This document shows, in pieces, positions 12,626 through 25,904 of a stretch of 64,000 bases of DNA (positions are counted from its first letter, which is position 1; every line of letters begins with the position of its first letter). This DNA is from Takakia lepidozioides (taxonomy: Eukaryota; Plantae; Bryophyta): the NCBI GenBank assembly GCA_030704615.1, contig CM060734.1, positions 8,556,001 to 8,620,000 on the forward strand. Reading direction: 5' to 3'. The notes under the pieces were generated by a model. It worked only from the letters and a program-made list of their open reading frames with translations, was not told the origin of the DNA and searched no databases. The translations under genes were made by a program, and so were the position numbers.

Positions 12626-15085
12626 CTAACTCCTGCCATAGGGATGGTATCGTCCATTGCTACTACCATAACCCCGACTACTCCCATAGCCACTGTAGGC
12701 CCCATTTGTACCGTAGCCACCCCCATAGCCAGCAGCACTGTAACCACCATACCCCATTCCTCCGTACGCATCACTGACATCACTATACCCACCCATCATG
12801 CCACCACCATAGTCAGCAGATCCATACAATCCCATATTGCCTCCATACCCTCCTCCACCCATGGACCCACTCCCATAGCCTGCAACACCCATGTTGCCAC
12901 GTCCGTAGCCTCCGTCCCCATAACCACCTCCATATCCACCACCGTAGCCTCCAGCCCCGTAACCTCCAGCCCCATATCCACCTCTTCCACCATAAACACC
13001 CCCTCCTGACCTGTATGAACTCCCATATCCTCCGCCACCCCCCAAATTGTCATATGCTCCTCCATCTCCATACCCTCCATAAGCAGCACTACCGCCAACA
13101 CTGTATCCACCTCCCCTTCCGGCACCCCCATATCCCCCTGGACTTTCTTGCACTGGTCTTTTAGGTTCTGCTTTCTTTAACTCCACCTGTCAAATAACAA
13201 GAAACCACTCAGCACTTCAAAAACCAAGCACTTGATGTACCTACTCAGTAATCCCTGTAGTCACATGGATATATGTAGTGAACCTACTGTGGGTTTGACT
13301 TAACTTACCTACCACCAAAGACCTACAAAAGGGTACTTACATACATGGGCAACTCGTCTTAAGATGCAGCCCCCAACTACAGATGAAGGAAATGGCCACC
13401 AAGAATTGGCCCTGCTGTTTGAACCAAATACCCTAAGTTGGAGCTTATATTGTGTGGTCTACAAAGCCACAAAATGGTGGTGTAAGCTACCCCCCTAGGC
13501 CAGCATGCATATGGAAACTAGCAAGACTGACAGAGGAAGAGATTGCATAAGTCGATAGATTCTGAAAGTAGCTTGTATTGAAAGCTGGCATATGTGGACA
13601 AGCTTCAAACTCACACCTACAACTGCAAGTTCTCATTGCACCGTACACAAAATCCTGCTCACTAATTCCTCCAAGGGAGAGAGAGTACCTGCTTTCCACC
13701 AAGCTCATGCATTTTCCCATGTGCAAGGATGTCTTCGACAGACTGTTCACTATCAAAAGTCACAAACCCAAAACCACGAGAGCGCCCTGTGCTGTGATCT
13801 TGCATAATTTGATGCTCCACAACCCTTCCAAACCCGGCGAAGTAGCCTTTGAACTCCTCTGTAATTAATTTACACAGAAGTCAGAAAGTACTTCCTAATG
13901 AACTTTCACCCACCACAGAAATAAAAGCTCCAACTCAGACTTCCACCTTTGCGGACATGAGAAAGAAGAACGAGAGGGCAGTTGTCAGCATCCACACAAG
14001 CATACCATCTGTGATAGTAGGAGGTATGCCTCCTACAAAAATCTTCTTTGTCTTCGGTCCTTGGGTTGCAGAGATGTTGTCCCGAGGAACCGACTTTTTG
14101 GCCTCCACCTGCACCTCCATCTAGTGAGCGTTGTGATTCACCGCTGTGGATTCCAAGATCTTCCCAAAACTGGAACATACAAAATAAAAACTGAAAACGG
14201 ACCCCTTCCGCACAAGCTCCTAAGTGAATGCACCCAAGGTCTACAGTTTTGACACTAACCGTTCTACCATCAATGACATGCTTGTCTAGGACAACACGAT
14301 CGCAGACGGCTGCATCGGCAAAGGTGACGAACCCAAACCCGCGAGGATGACCCGTGGAGCGATCTTTCATGATGACAGCATCTGTGATTTCTCCATAATC
14401 CTTGAAGTGGCTTGTGAGGTTATCTGTACGTAGTGTGGGATGTAAGTGCCCGACTAGAAAAAGAATGTGGAAGGTATCTAATCTATCTTCCCAATCAGTG
14501 TAGACCCCAAAGACCAGAACCTACCGTCTGAGTGCGCACGGCTCTAAGTGAACAGAATAAACAGTGAACGTAGTTACCATGCAGAAACGATTCATTCAGT
14601 TGTGCACCTTTACTTGGAAACCTCAAAACCCCGGGAAACGGGGAATAGGCACGCACCTGTAGATGTATCCCATGAAAGGCCTCCGATGAAGATTTTCCCT
14701 CTATCATGCGAATGGTAGTGAGTTAGCTACATGGGGATCGACGACCACTCTTACTTTTTACAAGCAAATCGCGTCATCCATACCACAATCAGACCCTACA
14801 GCGAGTGCTAAAGCTCAAACTACAGCTAGGTCCATAAGGGGCTGAACTTGCAACTAACCCTGGACTCGACGTTTTCTCTGCGGAGGCGTCTGGCGAAGAC
14901 TTGGCTTCGCTTTCTACCACAACGGCCTTTGGAGTCCCTCCATTCTGAAAGTGCTGCTCTTCCGGCTCATCGTCAGCCTGGTGTTGCGGTTCACCCTCGG
15001 CCGCATGCTGCTCCTCATCCAACTCTTGATTCAAATCGGGCTGGGCCCCTTCCTGCCCCCTCTGCTCCTCCCCCCCTCCTTCCAT
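12626..15085 (-). CDS. hnRNP A/B-like (Musashi-type) RNA-binding protein with two RRMs and a Gly/Tyr-rich tail, 422 aa
   Basis: Exons 15085-14859, 14700-14657, 14423-14260, 14108-14006, 13858-13689 and 13186-12626, all GT-AG, totalling 1269 nt in frame. RNP2 KIFIGGL/KIFVGGI, RNP1 RGFGFVTF twice, C-terminal RYHPYGRS (PY-NLS-like). Confidence 0.93.
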
Positions 15086-15494
15086 CACCAGCAGCAGCAG
15101 CAGCAGCAGCGACCCTCGTGCAAGCCAGCAACACCACAACTGACGAGACCTTTGCCTCTACCTCTTACTCCCCTCCTGCCCTACCTGCCTGCCCTCTTCC
15201 TCTTTCTCTGCTTGCGTACAAAGCCGTGTTGCTCTCCTGTCTGCGAGCTTCCCTCTCTTCCTGCAGCAATCGCTGGCTATGGCGGCCACACACAAGCACC
15301 GTCCCCCTCCTGCCGAGGCACCCCGACGGCAAACCCTGTCTGCACGCAACGTGTCGCACCGACTCCATTGGCACCAACATGGAATCTTCGTCCTCGATCC
15401 CACGTTCTTGCATCGATTATTAGTAGTATTATGATTGTCATTTTATAGTTGAAGTTAATGTTGGTGGGCGGCCAGTACGCAGACAGGTTTATTT

Positions 15495-15857
15495 GCCTCT
15501 CATTTTAAGATAATAGGGTCTTCAATGGGCACGTGCGATGTGGCCGGTGGGCCCCGCGCACGGACGCCCGGCTCCCGAGCACCCTGCCCGCCGCTGCGCG
15601 CGGGCGCGGCTGCAGCAACCGCCCACGCGCCCCCGTCCGCCGCGCGGCCAGTCCCCCGCCCATGAGTCCGCTGCCCAGCAGTATGCCAGTCCGTCAGTCT
15701 GCCCGTCAGTCCGGTGTTGGCCAGCAGCAGTCTGCCAGTCCGCCAGTCTGCCCGCCAGTCCGCTGGCCAGTCCCCTGCCATCCAGTCTGCTGACGGCGCA
15801 TGATCGCCACCGTCCATTCCCATAACCCATCCGAGCCCTCCATTTTTAGGGCTGCAA
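15495..15857 (+). repeat. MULE terminal inverted repeat (left)
   Basis: GC-rich gcctctcattttaagataatagggtc...catttttagggctgcaa, near-identical to 25393-25763. Confidence 0.85.
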
Positions 15858-17548
15858 AAATGACAATGATCTTCCCACCAAATCCCGGCCGCTCTCTTTT
15901 GACGGCTGTTTATTGTCCGATGTTGCGGTAGGCGTTTTCATGCACGCGACTGTTCCTCTTTTGCGCGCGATGTTCATGATGATGATGAAGCGTGTGCTTG
16001 AACATGAGAGGATTGTCTCGGCACTACAGCCACCATCGTGCATATGCTTCCACTATTTTTGTCTTCTTGTTGTGCTTTCGGGAACCTTTGTTTTATGGTT
16101 TGGTTCTATGTCATAAATATGGAAAATGTGGACATCTATCGTTGATAACGTCCTCTGCTTGTGATCCGTCATGATACGTTTAGCCCCTTCGTACTGCATC
16201 CCTCATGAGAGCCTTCACAAGTTTAGTTCGTTTAAAGGAACCCATGGGTAACATGGGCGCGAAAATGGTGGAAGCGTATGCACATGGGGGCGTGTATTGC
16301 AGATTTCGTATCGGACGATGGGACTGTTTATGTGACCAAGTATAGCGGCTTGCATCCGTCGTGCATAAGTTGTGGAAAAGGGTGAAGAATCTGAAGAAAC
16401 CCAGCTTTGTGATGGATCCACATGATATTATATAAGGGATGGCAGCACAAAAAAACAATTCGAGTCGTCACGGAACACCATCCAGTCGTAAGGTCCTCAA
16501 ACATCCACACGCATCTGCTGAATGCAGATGTCTGAGCCACGACGGGAGATGTCTGAGACAATTGCATCTGCAAATGCGCGTGGATGTTTGAGGTCCGTTG
16601 TGTCGCGAGTCTGTTCACAGTGGGTCCGCTGGCCCGTCAGTGCTCCGGATATTCCCCTTATCGTGTGCATAACAGTCAGTTTGGAGGCGGTCTGCTGGAA
16701 GTCCATCTGTTGGGATATCAGTCTGTTGCACTTGTGAATTTGTCAGTCTGTTGTGTCGAAAGTCTGTTGCACTAAGTCTGTTTGACTTCTTATTTTCCCT
16801 CCGGTCAGTCTTTTGGCTTGTTCTCCCGCCAGTCTGGTGAAACGTCCGTCTGTTGGACAGTTCTCCTCTATGGATATCAGTCTGTTGGACTGTGCATGCA
16901 TCAGTCTGTTGTGCCGCGAGTCTGTTCGCAATGGATGTGTTCGACTTTCCTGTTCTCCCCTTACTCTCTTTTGTCTTCATTCCGCTGGCAGGGAAGTGCC
17001 TCCAATATAAAGCCGCTTCGCCTCAGCAAAGCGAATAGTCCGCTGGACTGGCGGTCCGGTGGACTCTCGGCCCGATGGGAAATGAGTCTGTTGCACTTGC
17101 GAGGAGCGTGGATGAATTTAGTACGATGGGTTCGTTCGGTGGACGTATTCAATGCGATGACGGCGGATAGTTGGCGCCTGTGAAATCGCGACACGTTGGC
17201 AGTGCCATGCCCGCTTTCCCCCTTCTACTTCTACTTTCTTCATTCTCTTCGCACCTGTTTCTTCGCACAGTTTTGCACTGCTTTGTTTTCCTCTTTGCGT
17301 TTCCATCACCGTAACAAAAGACGACCGTTCTTCCCCAGGTGTGGAGAGTCGCGGTGAGCCGCGAAGCGTCGCAAACACGCTCACCTTCGTAACAACTCGA
17401 AGTTCATCGGCTCGGTGAGGTTCTCACTTGCTGCGGTGTTTCCATTCCATTCTGTGTCATCTTCTTGCTTAGGGTGAGTCTTTTCATAGGACTTCTATCT
17501 GTCGCTCTGTCGCTCATTGTCCTTGCACCTTCGTTTCATTCTGTAGCG

Positions 17549-20500
17549 ATGGAGGATGCTTGTGAAAAAGGTGGAGCGGACTGGTTGGATTTTGTGTACC
17601 AAACCAGACTGAAGAAGGAGCGAAGGTACTGGTACTCACCAGACGAGTTTGATCATAAAATAGTGGAAGCATTTGTAGACCTCCGCGTCCGGAAGCCCAA
17701 AAACTCGAATTGGCAGAAGGACAAGCTCTTCTGTCCCTTCTGTGAAGAGGTAATCAAGGACAAAATCCAACTAAATCGGCATTGTGTTGACACGGGTTGC
17801 AAGGAGACTGTTGCAATGATTCCACGGGATTTCAAGCCTTGGCCGATACTGAAAGAAATATCGATTGTCAAAGAGGCCACAATGCGCTTGCGCGGATCAG
17901 TGCTTGACCCCCGCACTTTGGAATTAGACGAAGTGCGCGCACGGTATGGCGTCCATTGTGGTGGCCCGTCAATGGAGGATTTGCAAGTGCAGGGAATGCC
18001 GGACGCTCCCAGAAAACGTAAACTGAGTGATGGGGCCCAAAAAAAGGAGAGGCAAAAAAAGGAGAAGGCTGTAAGGTCTGCTCGCGAGGCAAGGGCAAAA
18101 TCCACGCAACAGACTGAACCCCGTCCTGGGCGGCAGACCCACACCATCAGTACTGATACTGAAAGTGAATTTGCTCAGGGCCTGGAAGGGGTGACAAGTC
18201 CAGTGGACATTGACTTGCCTGACCAGACTCGGCAGCAGACTCACACAAATACCGCGATCCATGCCATCGGTTTAGGGTCAAAACCAAAAACTCAACAGAG
18301 CACTAAAGGGCCAGTCTGCCCTGATACATTGCGCCTCGTTGACTTTGGGCTTTTCCCACCAGAGTGCCCACCAATTGGGGATCCAGACTTCTTCCGTTAT
18401 TTCTATAGAGTTGCCCAGTCAGGTCTGCTACGCACATTCATCCGACAGGCGGAACAGAACTGGTTGAACAGCTTTGAAAAAAAAGATGAGGATTCTGAAG
18501 TAGAGGAGGTAATGGTCAGTCTGACTGCCCAGTCTGTTCTCTGTGCTGTTTGAGTCCATCATCGGGGTCACGTTGCCTATTCAGTCTGGTCAGTCCGTTG
18601 CGTTCTCTCCTCAGTCCGCTGGCTAACTCCGCTCGTCAGTTAGTCTGTTTTATATCGCTGCATTATTTACTGAGTCCGTTTGCCAGTCTGCTGGTCCAGT
18701 CCACTGATATAGTCTACTAGTTGCCTCCACCCTACGTACGCACGTTACAGTCTACTGGTCTGTGAGTCCAGTCCGCTGCATGAGGTGAATATAGAGTCCA
18801 CGTCCATGTTCCTGACGTCGAAGTTCTCTGCCGTGTATCAGGATGAACGTGTTTCTATTCGTAGGGCCATTCAGGCTTGGCGGATACCTAGCAATGATGC
18901 TCCTTTACAAGCGACTGCAGTGCGTGCGGAAGTGGACCGCGTGCGAGAGTACATATTATTGAAGTATCCTGGGTCATCTGCTGCTATAGCGACATTATAT
19001 ATTCAAGACGCGTCGGGGGGGGGGGAATGCGTCTGGGACAGCCGAGTCTGCCATCCAGCAGACTCCCATTCAGCAGGCCGTCATCCAGCAGACTCTCGTT
19101 CAGCAGCCTGTCATCCAACAGACTCCAACGGAGCAGACTCCCAACGAGCAGCCTGTCATCCTGCAGACTCCTCTCCAGGAGCCCATCATGCAGCCCATGC
19201 CAATGGGAAGTCCTGTCATCCAACAGACTGTGGACCAGCAGACTGACCAGCAGACTGCCTTTCTCTCACATAGCACGACGTTTTTTTGCAGTTTGGCGAT
19301 CGCCATCACCGGTAATTCGACCCGGAGCTGAAGACCTCACACTTCCCCGGCTTAGGGTGGGAGAAATTAATCCCCATTTGGATTGGCATAATGAGCTCCA
19401 CCGGATTGTTGTGGACCACCGGTGGTCATTTGTACCCTTTCATTATTCCATGGAGTTTTCTATTGAGGAAGCCAACCATGTTCTAGAAGCCGCCTCTGCT
19501 GTTGCCATTGAAGCCACAAGCGACCAAAATGCGCTGCCTCTACTTGTGCAGCTGATTCTCATGGATGACCCACGGCCTGAAGACCTTAGACATATGCCTA
19601 TGGCACATCCAATCTTTGGGGTGCGAAGAAAGCACTTGTTTGGATTGACTGAGGAGGACTTTGAGCGCATGACAGCTTCTTCCCTACAACACAGATGGAT
19701 GCAATTTGGCAATTTCCGCTCATACAACAAGTTGATGAAGGATTCGCATAGTTTGAGGATAGACTTACTCCATGGAACAGACCATTCACAGAAGTTTGTG
19801 GTGGATGACGCATTGCACTGGTTTGCATTGGTGATGGAGCGAGCAGTATTCGACATTGTTTTGCAGAATCCCAATGTCTTCAAAAGTCATGTGGTGTGGG
19901 ATCCCAACTGAAGACCGCATCGGCGCCATTGCTCATCTCGATGGAGCATGCCTGTGCCGGCAAATCAAGGACATTGGCCTCGTCAGAAATCTCTTGGAAG
20001 GTAAAATGTTATGGGCAACTTTCGTGTTTCAGCTCAATTTCTTTTGCCAATTTTTTTACAAGTTCACATTTGCATAAACATGTGTTGCAGGGCGAGTTGA
20101 TCTGGGAGACAAGCAAGTGCAGGCTGCTTTCGACTCTTTTGCCAGAGGTGCAAGGGACCTTGTCCTGGCTTTACAAGGAGTTCGGGAGACTGTCCAGCAG
20201 ACTAGCCACAAGAATGTCGAACAACATATTCCCCACGACACATGTGGGCAGACTGCCCAAGTACTGGAGACCGAGCATGTGCACCAGACCATCCCGGGTA
20301 ATAGGCCGGATCACTCCCAGCAGACTGCCCCGCACACACATACTGAGTATGTGCAAACAGTACTGAGCGGGCAGCAAACTTTGCAGACTTTGCAACAGAC
20401 TGAAGAACAAATCGGCCAATAGACTGCCCCTCAGCCGACTGTGCAGTAGACCAGCGAACATGGCCACCAGACTGCCCCTCAGCAAACTGTACAGCAGACC

Positions 20501-23053
20501 GTGCAGTAGAGCGACGAATCCAGCCATCAGATTGCCCCTCAGCAGACCGTGCAGCAGACCGACGAATCCAGCCAGCAGATTGCCCCTCAGCAGACTGTGC
20601 AGCATACTGGCGAACCCACTCAGCAGATGGCCGAGCAGACTATCCAGGAGACTAACAGCCAGTCTGTTCCCTGGATTGTGCAACAGACTCGGATGCATTG
20701 GCCTCACCGGGACCCTGTGGACGAATTTCTGCTGAGTTCCCAACAACATGTTTTTGGATCTGCCAGTATGAGTGTTTTGACCGAGTCCACTTTTCCCCCA
20801 AGCACATTCACTGACAACGTCATCAGGTCACTGGTAAAGCATTCTTATCCAGCTCCCCGTGGCCTGCCTTCTATGACCTTCCAGGTTAGTCTGGTTTTCG
20901 TGCGCTCAGTGGCGAAAGCCATAGATGAGTCTTACGTGATGACCGAACTCAATCTGGGAACGCAAAACCGTATCATAGATCTTACAGAAGAGTCCGAGGA
21001 AGCAATTGCCGGTGGGTCTTCCATACAAGTTCTTGATGTTTCCCAAGTCCATGGAGATCCGAACACCCAGCCGGCTGTCCACCAGACTGACCAGCACACT
21101 GAACAGTGGACACATGGAAGGACTGCCGAGCAACCTGTGGCGGGGCAGCATACTGTCTTCATTGATGAGCAGACTAAACCGCAGACTAACCAACAGACTG
21201 CACAAGTCACAGATGGAAGGACTGACCAGGATGGCTCGGAGCGGCAGACTGCATAGCTGAGCTCTGACTGCACAGTTCAGATTGCACGGCCTGACCAGCA
21301 CACTGCACACTTCACAGAGGGAAGGACTGACGACCAACCTGCCACCGAGCACATTGCTCACATTGAGGAAGAGACTGAACCACAGAGTTGCCAGCAGACT
21401 GCACAGTTCACAGACGAAAGGACTGACGAAGAACCGGCGGCCGAGCAGACTACCCACATTGAGCAACAGACTGAACATGCTGGCAGGCACACTGACAAGG
21501 AACCACATGTGGCGCAAACACCGTCTGGTATAGCGCTGGATTACATGGAGTCTGCTCCCTCACCCCTTGGGCAGGTTGTGCCATTTCCTCTTTCAGCACT
21601 GTTGTTTATATTTTAGCACATTGTGAAATTGGGCTAATTCGACATTTTGCTCGGTATCCTCACAGGATGTTCGTCCCTCCGTCGGCAGACTGTCTACTTC
21701 TGAGGACATGACATCTTCCACCCATGCTGCAAACGTGGGATCGACAACCAAGAAAGGTGTGGGGGTGAGCACGCCCCCCGATGCGCGGGTCAGTTCTACG
21801 CATGTGACCCACGAAGCTGCAAAGACAGGTCCAGCAAGTGTAAACAAACCTGCTGACCAGCCTTTGTTGCGAAGTAGGGCGGCAGCGCTGCGCTTGTCTG
21901 CTCTATCTAGCCCGCCTACAGCTGTCCCTGCTTCCCAGGTGAGAGGCAAAGCCAAGAAGCGGACTGTCGTGGACCATGCTGAGGAGGTCGAGGAGGGTCC
22001 GAGTACCAAGAGACCGGCGAAGAAAAAGTCTGGCGTCTTTATGAACAAGAACCGCAAGCTAGCCTTGAACATGGACAAAGATGTGGGTCGTCTCCTGGAG
22101 CAGCACATGTGAGTATTGTGCTCAGTCTCCTCGTCTGTCTTTGTTGTTAAGTGCTTTGCGCTCTGTTGCGGTCAGTCTGATGCTGGTTTCATCATTGTCT
22201 GTTGTGGTTAGTCTTGTCAGTTTGATGAATTGTTCAGCCTGTAGAGTGTTTGGTACCATGTTGACGTCAGTCTGTTCAGTACATGAGGCTTCCCGAAGGA
22301 TGGTCTGCTCTGTGCAGGATGGGTGCTCGGTTTTGCAAAGCACATGCTCTGCACGTGAAGGCGGGTAATTCCATGCTGATGTTTTTTGAAGGGGACCTAC
22401 GGTTTGAATGCGGACTGTTGCCAGATGACATAAAGGCAGTCCAAAAGGTTGAGTCGGAGTGCACAGATAGACTCTTGGAGCTGTGGTGTCGATTCTATGA
22501 GAAGTCGGTTGAGGCTGCGTTCACCAACACTATTGCTGTTCTTCCAACGTCGACATGGACGGTGTTGAAGTCATTGGGGGTGGGGCAACATGAAAGCCTT
22601 CTGGAGGTCTTGAAAGGTTGCCTCAGCACTGAACGACTGGGCAAGGACTTGAAAGAGTGCGATTTCATTTTGGTGCCAATTGGGGACGAGTAAGAACTCT
22701 TCTGAGTCTGCTGAGACTGTCTCCTGAGTCATAGTCTGGTTTCGCAGTGTCGTCTTGACTCTGAGCAATTAAGTTGACCTCTGTATTTGTGCAGTGGACT
22801 GGGTTTGAAGATTGAGTCTGCTGAGTGCTGAGTCTGCTGAGTGTCAGTCTGCTGAGTCTGCCCATCATGATTGTGCAATGACGCCATGTTGTTTGATACC
22901 ATTGCAGGGGGCACTGGAGTGTTACCTCCGCAAGGGCTGTTACACTCACCTCAACTCTATCAGGGACTTGCATAAATGTCCCTTTGTTCTAGGGTGGATT
23001 CGGAAGCTTCATGCGCAGTGCTTAGGGTACTCGATGGACTCACCAAAGTGGCA
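17549..23053 (+). pseudogene. MULE second gene: Cys/His motif, Gln/Thr-rich repeats, N-terminal half of a Ulp1/C48 peptidase
   Basis: CPFC...HC...C near the N-terminus and long QT-rich repeats (20100-21530). DFILVPIGDE, an intron, then GHWS...YTHLNSIR match the Ulp1 catalytic His region. Stops and frameshifts present. Confidence 0.65.
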
Positions 23054-23589
23054 GGTATTAATAGGTTCTTCGAGAACCTACCAGTCGGGTAGGTGGTAGG
23101 TCAAAAACCCAGGCATACCATGGATTAGGGTTTGGGGCTTCCATTTCGTATCAGGGTGCTACCAGTATTGTATGGCTATAAGAGCTCATTATTCATATTG
23201 TAGGCACGGATTGCTTGAAATTTGGTTGTGCAACCTCGGTAGGGTCTCGCGGACACTAAAGGCACATAATGGGGAGTGACGGCTCCGTAGTAGGATATCT
23301 CTTTTGTTGGACTATATCATATTTCGGATTGATATGCACACAACAATCTTTGCATCATGCCCCTCATGCGTGTATAATCTTTTGTGTGATATTCTGAAAG
23401 TTGCATGTTTTGTTTGTCATGTTTCATCTTTCATTTTGGATGGAAGACAATAGGAATAATGTAAGAACTTAATGGACGCGTGCGATCTGAAGGTACTTTC
23501 GCCGGATTCCGGCAGTTTGGGCTCCTCTGGTGAGGCCCCTCTCAAATCCTCCCCACCCCCTCTTACCTCGGTTTCACTATTAAATACTT

Positions 23590-24170
23590 AAGAAATGGGT
23601 TTTATGTTGTGGTGGGTAGTGTGATGTCGTGCACCTAAGCATCGTGCCACAACATACATCGCTGTCCAACCACACTTCCTAGCATATAGTCCTAGAAAGC
23701 CACGCCACAATCGCCCCCCTAGCTGGTGATTAGGTCCCTCTAACACCGGATAGCTTGCAAGTATCCACCCTAATAAGATCATCGCTTGGTCTTCAATCGC
23801 ACACGTCCCAACACTTGAAGTCGATAGATCAAGAGGCCGGGTGCAAACGTAGCCCCATCGTTAGTCGCCTTCATGCAATCCATGATCTTCAGTTGAGTAT
23901 CCATGGCATTGAAGCCCACTAGCTAGACCTTGGATCACTTGTCCGCCTCACCATTGTCATGCCCACTACCTCTGTCCAAGGCATCGTGGACACAACCATT
24001 CTCCGATAGGAACCTCCTCAAGTGGCGGTGTCAAGCATCCCGTGTGCCACCCCCTTGAGCATTTGTCACACACCAACATGGTTGCGGCGCCACCAGCATG
24101 CCCACATAGCATGCAACGCAACCCTGCAGGTACCACTGCAAGGTTGGGATCTATCCTCCCATCCACTTTT
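23590..24170 (-). mobile_element. Remnant of a related PHD-bearing Gypsy element (PHD finger, 3' UTR, PPT, part of LTR)
   Basis: CMLCG....ATMLVCDKCSRGWHTGCLTPPLEEVPIGEWLCPRC is nearly the same as 54697-54924. The PPT/LTR junction gccacaatcgccccccta is shared with ~54431-54448. Confidence 0.85.
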
Positions 24171-24717
24171 AGCATAGGGAAATGGCTTCCACCGTAGTAT
24201 GATTGATCAGCTGAGACTCTGGATCGTACTCAAATCTGCTGCTTGGAGTTTGCTACTGCAGAGTCCTTGTATGTTAAAATTGGCCTTGAAGTCATGAAAA
24301 CTTACTGGCAGATTTGAAGCTCTTACATGAAACAAGAACTTGAACTTTGATTCCATTGTGTACAAACCACCGTTTACTCTTTGACCTCACACACCATATT
24401 GCATAACCTGCAGAGCTTTATATAAAGACCCAAGTGGGGTGACTGTACAAATAGGTGTAACTGTCCCCAAGAGGAAAAAATCAAATCTTGTAGAGCTAGA
24501 TATATTGACACAAAGAAAGAAATCAAACTATTCTAGTATCACCTACAGCCTGAAGAAGGTCAGACAACAGAAAAGAGGGTGGATATTGGCCTTCTGCTGA
24601 GCACTGTGGAGTTGGTGTCCAGGGAAACATTGAACCTGACATCAAAACCTTGTAAACATGATACAGCCCCCTCGATACATGCAAAAAGATACAACTTTTT
24701 TCAGTGATCAGAATTAC

Positions 24718-24860
24718 CTCATTGTCGTCAATTGCACAGAGTCGTGCAACAGATTGCCCACAACCCGCAGGCGTCTGTCCACTGCTTCCCTTGATTCCTC
24801 CCCCTCCTTCTCCTTGGCCGCTCTCAATTCCACCAGATTTCTCATTTGGGCCACCAGCTC
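24718..24860 (-). pseudogene. Seryl-tRNA synthetase exon fragment
   Basis: AKEKEGEESREAVDRRLRVVGNLLHDSV(P)IDDNE followed by a GT donor resembles the cytosolic SerRS GNLVHDSVP motif. A 1-bp deletion is present. Confidence 0.7.
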
Positions 24861-25392
24861 TCTTCCTTCAATTTCGTCAGCCTCTCTTCAGCTGTCTCCC
24901 ATCAATAGCTCAATCTTCAGCTATGGCGTGAAATACCGATGCAAACTGGCAGCGCGGCCGGGCAGGGAGAACAGGTTAGCGGGCAGCGAGGACGCTAACA
25001 GCCCTTAACCCTGGCTTACTTTAGCCATTCTGTGCGGCCGCCCTCTAACCACGGCTAACTAACTATAGTTTAACCAGCCACGGCTACTGGCGGCTAGCTA
25101 ACCACCAGTGCGGCCGGGGGGGGGGAATAAATTGGCTAATGAAATGAAATACATATATATATCTGTTTCCCAACTACAAGGTCAAGTTTATCATGGTTCC
25201 GACCAATCATTCCTCTTTCCGTTGTAGAACCCAAAATTTGAAAAAACATGTGAAATGGACCCACAAAGCCGACCAACTGCAGTCAACGGAATTGACTAGA
25301 TGGTCAAAAAGGACGTGCGTATACTGAAATATTCTATCTGTTGCAACCAGGTAGCATGATTGCTACTCTGAAATTCTCTGCCACAATAAACC

Positions 25393-25763
25393 GCCTCTCA
25401 TTTTAAGATAATAGGGTCTTCAATGGGCACGTGCGATGTGGCCGGTGGGCCCCGCGCACGGACGCCCGGCTACCCAGCACCCCGCCCGCCCCGCCCGCCG
25501 CTGCGCGCGGTCGCCCAGCCGCGGGCGCGGCTGCAGCAACCGCGCCCGCGCCCTCGTCCGCCGCGCGGCCAGTCCCCCGCCCATGAGTCCGCTGCCCTCC
25601 AGTTTGCCAGTCCGCCAGTCCGGTGCTGGCCAGTCCACTGCCCAGCAGTCTGTCAGTCCGCCAGTCCGCTGGCTAGTCCCCTGCCATCCAGTCCGCTGAC
25701 AGCGCATGATCGCCACCGTCCATTCCCTAAACCCATCCGAGCCCTCCATTTTTAGGGCTGCAA
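25393..25763 (+). repeat. MULE terminal repeat (originally the right TIR, now in direct orientation)
   Basis: Copy of 15495-15857, preceded by the reverse-complemented TSD. Confidence 0.85.
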
Positions 25764-25904
25764 TTCAAACTTGCATCCCTGCCGCCTGCCACTTACCAGC
25801 AGCCGCGAACGTGCGCACTGTTCTCCTGGCACGTTGTCGATCGTGTCTTGTACTGCGGCGCGTTTCTTGCATATTCAGAAGCGTGTCCTTTGTACTGTAT
25901 AGGT

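Noticed and set aside
25000-25140. Small tagcc/ggcta-rich inverted-repeat element
   Set aside because: The TIR is too short and no TSD is identifiable.
15495-25763. Direct ~365-bp repeats read as LTRs of a retroelement
   Set aside because: No TG...CA ends, PBS or PPT. The inverted 9-bp TSD and the split Ulp1 gene point to MULE TIRs after an inversion.
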